Assembly: GCA_963815115.1 (NCBI GenBank) | Contig: CAWFFN010000007.1 | Span: 192,001 to 256,000 of the forward strand | Reading direction: 5' to 3' | Origin: an uncultured delta proteobacterium | GTDB lineage: Bacteria; Desulfobacterota; Binatia; DP-6 | Length of the DNA: 64,000 nucleotides | Shown: piece after piece, positions 58,616 through 64,000 of the stretch | How the letters are laid out: every line of letters begins with the position of its first letter | How positions within the stretch are numbered: position 1 is the first letter of the stretch | Made by a program: the position numbers and the translations under genes | The notes under the pieces: model-generated | Database searches by the model: none | What the model was told of the DNA's origin: nothing | What the model saw: only the letters and a program-made list of their open reading frames with translations

Positions 58616-61336
58616 TCAGTACCTTGCTGCTACCACAGTAGCGCCGTGCGGAAAGACAACGTACGAGCCGGCCACTGCCCCGGCGGCCGTGCTCGGACCG
58701 CTCCATACGACCTCACCGCTTCCAATATCATAGATTGCGTTCGTGTCTCGAGAGTACAAGCGCACTCCCGATATCAGTTGCAAGTTTGCAATTGCTGGCA
58801 GCGGAGACTGGGAGACGAAATTCCCCGAGGAATCGTAGATCATCCCGGGAGTAACGCCATCGGCTGTAACTTCGCCACCAACGAGCAAGCGGTCGTCGGC
58901 AAGCCACCCCACCGCACTACCGGCTACCGCAGTGACAAAAACACCATCGTCATAGATCCGGGTTATTTCTCCGCCCATTAGCTCAGGAAGTGCAACCAAA
59001 TGGCTATTCGGGGAGATGAGAATGACCGGCAAAGTGCCCGGTCCCTCGTCAACCAGAACGGTGACGCTTCCCGTCAAATCTGTCACCAGGCGCCTGTACT
59101 GCCAGAACGGCGCGTTGAACGTGCCAAATACCTGACCCAACCGTGTGCCACCTCTGGAGAGCACAAAGTCGAAGAAGAGGGAAGGATATGTGGACCAGCT
59201 GTAGGGCCAAGTTACAACCTCAGCGGCGGTTGGAAGCGAGAACACCTTGAGGGACCGATCTGCCCAATATTGGGAGTCAACGGTATTTCCCGATGCCGCA
59301 AGGATCATCGCATCTGCTGACATCTCAACGTGGGCGCTCGCGAACGGAATCTCCGTAGACAGCTTCGCGGGGCCCGATGAGAGATCGAAAAGCACTATCC
59401 TTCCGCTCGCCGTGGCAATCGCGCCCATGCCTGTGCCCGAGCCGGCGACGCTAAACGCCGCTCCGTAGCTGAGGGAGCGCGGGCCTCCCGGCAGCGCGAT
59501 GTTGGCGCTGTCAAACACGACACCATGGACATTGCCTACGGACCAGTTGCCCTGGAAATCTCCGGCGAAGGCTGTAAGGTAGGCGACGGGCACAGAGATC
59601 GGCGTCTGCGTTACCTCTGTGAGATCCAGGTCCACAATATTGATACTGCCCTGGCCAAACGGAATGAGGCCGAGCAGTCTACCCGCCGGAATCGCAAGGC
59701 CGTCTACACCAGGCGAGAAGGTCGCGACCGGTACGGCACCGAGGCTGCGCATGGCGTAGATGTCAACGGGGTATCCGGGCGTCCTTTCCCGGTAAGTCCA
59801 GACGTAGCCCGCTTGGCCCGTCAGGTTCTCGATGGTCGGAAGGACTCCGGTCGCCTCTTGAACGCCGTCCTTTGAGTATATCCAGACTCTGGTGGACAAG
59901 TTGCTGATGAATCGCTGCCCGTCGACGAACCAGGAGTGAAAACTTCCCGAGAAGGGAGGTGTTAGCGTGTCAGAGCCGTCCGAGATCGATACAAGTTCGA
60001 CCCGATCAGCCCCTGCAGGACCGCGAGCAATGCGAAGCTCCCCCGAAGCACCGAAGATACTTGCAGCGCCATAGTTGCCCCCTCTGACAACGAGGAGGTC
60101 GCCACTCGCTGCGGCCCATACGGAAAGGCCTTCGGCAGTGGCAGTCCACAGATAGCTACCATCAATTGCGAGACGAACTGCCCCGGACACGTCCGTGATG
60201 GTCGACCGCAACGACCCGTCGGATGCGTTCCTGACTTCTACAAGACCTCCGTGCTGGACTATGATCGTGTCCCCTGCCAGTGCGGCGTAGGCCGAACCAT
60301 CCAGGACCTTCGTACGACCCGTGGTCTCCCACAGCACCCAGTGACCCGTAGAGTCCGTGCTGAGAACACGAGTGCCGGAGTGCGTGAGGGACGCTATGGG
60401 TGTGGCGTGTCCGAGATCGAGGACTTCGATCCCGAGGGTGGTCGTAGTCGTGCCACTACTGGTCGATGTGCTGGTCGCGCTTGTGCTTGTTGTCGATGAC
60501 GTGCTCGTACTGGTCGAACTTGACGTGGTCGTTGTCGGCACCGTGTCCTTGAACGCCGGCACGCACAGCTCGGTCACCGCGTGAGCGACGAGCACTGTCG
60601 GCCCGAAGTTCGTGTTGTTTACGGACACGGTCTGTGAGTGGAACGTTACCTGTGGCGCCTGCTTCGCGAGCTTCGCCTCGTAGCAGACGAGGTAGCCGAG
60701 ATGATGGGGAGCGGTGGGGTCCTCGTTGCTCTTGTTGGTTGGCGCACAGAGCTTGGTGATCTTCTTCAGATCGTAGACGGCAGCGCCGAAGTGGTCCGCC
60801 ACTGTTACGTTCGGGATCATTCCGAACTTCGGCGTCTTCTTCAATGTGCCGACTCGGTAGCACGCGAAGTGATCGATACCCGCGCTGTTGACGAGCCCGG
60901 CGCCGCCCGGCCCGAGGGCCATCGCCGAAGGCACCAGCAGAGCCACGGGCTTCACGACGGTCAGGGGATGCTGGCCAAACTGGTCGATCGCCGTGTGGGC
61001 GCTCTTCACGAACTTTGCCTGCCCCTTCGCAACGTTCAAGCGGTAGTCGACCTGGTGAACGTCGGACCGGACCCCAGACGGCTCCGTGTTCTCCTGCGCA
61101 GGATTACACATCTCGTCGGGCTTCTTTACCGTCACCAAGCGCGTGCCGAACTGGTCTTCAAGAGTCTTCCGCGATGGTATGAAATTCGGCTGGCCCCGCA
61201 CGGTCCCAGCCTTGTAGCAGAGGTAGCGATCGCCAGGCGGGACGCTCTGCTGGCCCGTCGCCCATAGCGGACCCAAGGCGACCGCCATTGCCAGGATCCT
61301 GGCGAGGAGCACGCTCAATCTGGCGACGTTCCTCAC
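58616..61336 (-). CDS. large secreted protein: Cys-repeat N-domain, Ser/Thr linker, beta-propeller-like C-domain
   Basis: Signal peptide; repeated CY..DQFG..KP..C.P modules; TTTTSSST linker; visibly lower GC3. Confidence 0.75.
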   Translation of the reverse strand: MRNVARLSVLLARILAMAVALGPLWATGQQSVPPGDRYLCYKAGTVRGQPNFIPSRKTLEDQFGTRLVTVKKPDEMCNPAQENTEPSGVRSDVHQVDYRLNVAKGQAKFVKSAHTAIDQFGQHPLTVVKPVALLVPSAMALGPGGAGLVNSAGIDHFACYRVGTLKKTPKFGMIPNVTVADHFGAAVYDLKKITKLCAPTNKSNEDPTAPHHLGYLVCYEAKLAKQAPQVTFHSQTVSVNNTNFGPTVLVAHAVTELCVPAFKDTVPTTTTSSSTSTSTSSTTSTSATSTSTSSGTTTTTLGIEVLDLGHATPIASLTHSGTRVLSTDSTGHWVLWETTGRTKVLDGSAYAALAGDTIIVQHGGLVEVRNASDGSLRSTITDVSGAVRLAIDGSYLWTATAEGLSVWAAASGDLLVVRGGNYGAASIFGASGELRIARGPAGADRVELVSISDGSDTLTPPFSGSFHSWFVDGQRFISNLSTRVWIYSKDGVQEATGVLPTIENLTGQAGYVWTYRERTPGYPVDIYAMRSLGAVPVATFSPGVDGLAIPAGRLLGLIPFGQGSINIVDLDLTEVTQTPISVPVAYLTAFAGDFQGNWSVGNVHGVVFDSANIALPGGPRSLSYGAAFSVAGSGTGMGAIATASGRIVLFDLSSGPAKLSTEIPFASAHVEMSADAMILAASGNTVDSQYWADRSLKVFSLPTAAEVVTWPYSWSTYPSLFFDFVLSRGGTRLGQVFGTFNAPFWQYRRLVTDLTGSVTVLVDEGPGTLPVILISPNSHLVALPELMGGEITRIYDDGVFVTAVAGSAVGWLADDRLLVGGEVTADGVTPGMIYDSSGNFVSQSPLPAIANLQLISGVRLYSRDTNAIYDIGSGEVVWSGPSTAAGAVAGSYVVFPHGATVVAARY

Positions 61337-61746
61337 CTTCCAGCCATCCTTCCGTGACTCATCCCCCGATCCCTTCTGGGTGCCCGGCTTCGTTGGCCCA
61401 ATACCGGGAAAACGGGGGCGGTCTGCATGCTCGTATCGACGCAGCAGAAGTCGTGCCGAGAGCCCGGCGCAGCGGACGGGATGAGAGTGCGAGGTTTGCC
61501 CGCAGATCTTGTCACGGACAGGAAGCGTGCGGGGGGCGGTTTCTCATGAGAAAGAACTCAGGCCCGGATCACGACCGCTCCGTCTCTGTAGGACAGGTCC
61601 GAAAAGCTCGGCAGCGCGGCCGCCGAGGTTCCAGCGGCGTCAGCGGCGCCCTCGCGATCAGCAGACCATGATGCAGCATGACGCGGCGGTGAAACCATTT
61701 GAGCGGCCGCAGCGCGTAGGCCAGGAGATCGCGATCGGAGGGAGCG

Positions 61747-61983
61747 ATCACGCCGAGCAGGAACGATGACACAACGGTCTACAAGCTGGACGTGAAGGAT
61801 GACATCACCGCTAAGAAAGCCGGCGACGGCTCAGTCGCCATCCAGTTCGGCGGTTGCGACGGGAAGATCCCGAACTGCCTGCCGATCACGAAGGGCTGGA
61901 ACTACATGGTGCGCCTCTACCGCCCGCGCGCCGAGGTTTTGAATGGGAGTTGGCACTTCCCCGAAGCGCAGGCGGCGAGTTGA
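61747..61983 (+). pseudogene. C-terminal relic of a DUF1254/DUF1214-type gene
   Basis: TPSRNDDTTVYKLDVKD joined to ITAKK..GSVAIQFGGC..GWNYMVRLYRPR; N-terminus absent. Confidence 0.65.
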
Positions 61984-62278
61984 GAAAGAGGTGCCCGATG
62001 GTCAGCGGCACGCCAGCGCGCCGCGTTAGATCGCTCGATTGGCGCAGTTCGGGATGAAAGGGCGCAAGAGCCGGCGAGCCGGCTCCTGCACGCGACGCCC
62101 GGGACTCCATTGACAATACCTTGTTTCATGAGTGGATCCGGACATTTTGCTCAGGCGACTCGACCTTGCACGGGCACGCCCGACGTACCAAGGCCGGTTT
62201 GACTGTGGCGCGCAGCGCGGAGAGTGCAGCATCGCTCCGTAGAGCTCAGGCCGCTACGTCTCCGCGTGTGTGCTTCAG

Positions 62279-63871
62279 TCAGCCGAATGCCGCAGCGCCT
62301 CCGACGACCGCGAGAGAGACGCCGAGGAGGGCAAGGATGAGCGGCCAGACGAACCGCAGGTACCTGTCGTAGTCGACCTTTGCGATGGCGAGCCCGCCGA
62401 CCAGGACCACGGAGGTCGGCGACACCAGGAGAGTGAGGCCATGGCCCATGATCCAGGCGGTGATGGTGGTCGGGCGGTTGACTCCGGCAAAGTCGGCGAG
62501 CGGAGCGAGCAGCGGCATGGCCAGGGTGGCGTGGCCAGAGCTGGAGGGGATGAGGAACGCCAGCGGGATGTTGATCAGCTCGATGGCGGCCGCGAAGACT
62601 GCGGCGGATGATCCGCTGACCAGGTGCTCCATCGAATTGAGGATGGTGTCGAGCGTCTGGGTGTTGGTCATGATGACCGACACGCCGCCCGCGAGGAGCA
62701 CCACGAGGGCCGGTCCCATCATGTCGGAGGCGCCGGCGGCGATCAGCCGGACGATCTCCTTCTCGTTGAAGCGCGCAACCAGCCCGACGACGACCGCGGC
62801 GATGATGAACAGCATCGACAGCTGGGGGAACCACCAGCTGAGCTCGAACCAGAAGGGCGCCGCAGCGGTCTTGTGCAGGTACAGGTCGTCGGCCGGCCCG
62901 GTGGTGGCTCCCAGGATGCTCGACCACGGGACCACGGAGAAGATCATCAGGCCGAACGTCAGCGCGGTGATGGCGAGTACCCAGTTCTGCGTTCTCGTCA
63001 GCGTGAGCGCACTGACCGGCGGCTGGCGTTCGAGGTCAGCGGTCATCCGGTTGGCGGCGGTCGCCTGGTCCCCGTCGGGGCCGTCCCAGCCGACGAGCGA
63101 CGCGCTCGGGTCACGGCGGACCTTCGCGGCGTACCGCAGCACCCAGGCCACCGCGATCGTGGTGAGCACGGCCCAGAGGGCGACCCGCAGCGCGATCCCG
63201 TCGCCGATGGAGACGGCAGTCTCTCCGGCCGCGACGCCGATCGAGAACGGGTTCACCGTGGCGCCCATGACGCCGACGAGAGCGCCGATGATGATCATTG
63301 CGGCGGTGACGAGACGGTCGTAGCCGAGCGCGGCCATCAGCGGAAGGAACAACGCGTAGAAGCCGAGGGTCTCCACCGAGAAGCCCATCGTCGAGCCGAG
63401 CAGGGAGAAGAGCACCATCACGGCGGTGATGAGCAGCCAGCCCTTGGACCGCAGCCGGTTCGCCAGCGCCGCCACCGCGACCTCCAGGCTCTTGGTGGCG
63501 AAGGAGACGGAGATGAACGCGCCGATCGACATGATGAAGACGATCACGCCGATCTGGCCGAAGATCCTACCGACGGTCTCGGTGCTGACGAAGGTCGTGT
63601 CGGGGTTGCGGAGCCCGTACACGCCGTTGACCGGAGCCAGGACCAGCTGTTGCAGCGTCTCCCCGAAGTCGAGCGGAGAAGGCACGTGGTGGAAGCTTCC
63701 AGGGATCGGGGAGCCGTCCGCCGCAGTCTTGTACTGGCCGGCGGGGAGGAACAGTGCGGCGATCCAGACCAGTAGCGTAACGATGGCCAGCGTCGTGACG
63801 GCGGACGGGAACTGGAACGACCGCCTCGCGCTGGGTCTGGGCTCGGCTTTCGAGGCCGCCTCGGTGGCCAC
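62279..63871 (-). CDS. YfcC-family (DcuC/ArcD-like) transporter
   Basis: LPAGQY, TVNPFSIGVA, IPSSSGHA..MP..APLAD, SPTS; many TM helices. Confidence 0.9.
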   Translation of the reverse strand: MATEAASKAEPRPSARRSFQFPSAVTTLAIVTLLVWIAALFLPAGQYKTAADGSPIPGSFHHVPSPLDFGETLQQLVLAPVNGVYGLRNPDTTFVSTETVGRIFGQIGVIVFIMSIGAFISVSFATKSLEVAVAALANRLRSKGWLLITAVMVLFSLLGSTMGFSVETLGFYALFLPLMAALGYDRLVTAAMIIIGALVGVMGATVNPFSIGVAAGETAVSIGDGIALRVALWAVLTTIAVAWVLRYAAKVRRDPSASLVGWDGPDGDQATAANRMTADLERQPPVSALTLTRTQNWVLAITALTFGLMIFSVVPWSSILGATTGPADDLYLHKTAAAPFWFELSWWFPQLSMLFIIAAVVVGLVARFNEKEIVRLIAAGASDMMGPALVVLLAGGVSVIMTNTQTLDTILNSMEHLVSGSSAAVFAAAIELINIPLAFLIPSSSGHATLAMPLLAPLADFAGVNRPTTITAWIMGHGLTLLVSPTSVVLVGGLAIAKVDYDRYLRFVWPLILALLGVSLAVVGGAAAFG

Positions 63872-64000
63872 GGCTGGGAGTTTCGCTCCGGAACTCGATG
63901 AGTCGCTGATCCTAGAACTCGACGGGAACGACGATCGGCGGGCAGATCATGCAGTGCCCTCCGCCGTCTCGCTCCAGCTGCGGGTGTCTGCCGGCGTGAG

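Noticed and set aside
61440-61510. GGGCAAACC on the minus strand, resembling the start of a c-di-GMP-I riboswitch
   Set aside because: No GAAA tetraloop stem or GACGCAAAGC segment follows
61569-61772. 67-aa minus-strand ORF and other short ORFs in 61340-62270
   Set aside because: No motif or SD support; the region looks like gene debris

Overview
High-GC bacterial chromosomal window. The gene repertoire (LLM/PPOX F420-type enzymes, DUF1329, Cys-rich secreted proteins with Thr linkers) suggests a Candidatus Binatia/deltaproteobacteria-like organism; this is inference. It is mostly housekeeping and metabolic genes: split complex I genes (nuoI; nuoB-nuoF-nuoG), moeB, trmB, polX, efp, sulfite/nitrite reductase, a dnaA without dnaN, rmlA, tRNA-Arg(CCT), apaG, ychF, chrA, a multicopper oxidase, ackA/pta, an FrhB/FpoF-like protein, a thiolase and dnaB with a LAGLIDADG intein. 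No CRISPR array, rRNA, transposase or integrase is visible. The most interesting signals are: (1) a tightly coupled operon near dnaA encoding a ferritin-like protein, an XRE-HTH protein ending in an Hda-type clamp motif (QLSLPI), a stand-alone catalytically dead Hint (intein-fold) protein and a family-5 UDG; (2) two dispersed copies of a ~285-bp symmetric four-hairpin REP/MITE-like element; (3) a 2560-bp tandem duplication of a secreted Cys-rich protein gene with conserved non-coding leader blocks; (4) an ACP fused to a STAS-like domain, a kinase-less KdpD and a Kef-type antiporter carrying a UBP zinc finger; (5) repeated leaderless-type promoter architecture. All calls come from motif recognition by eye; no searches were run.
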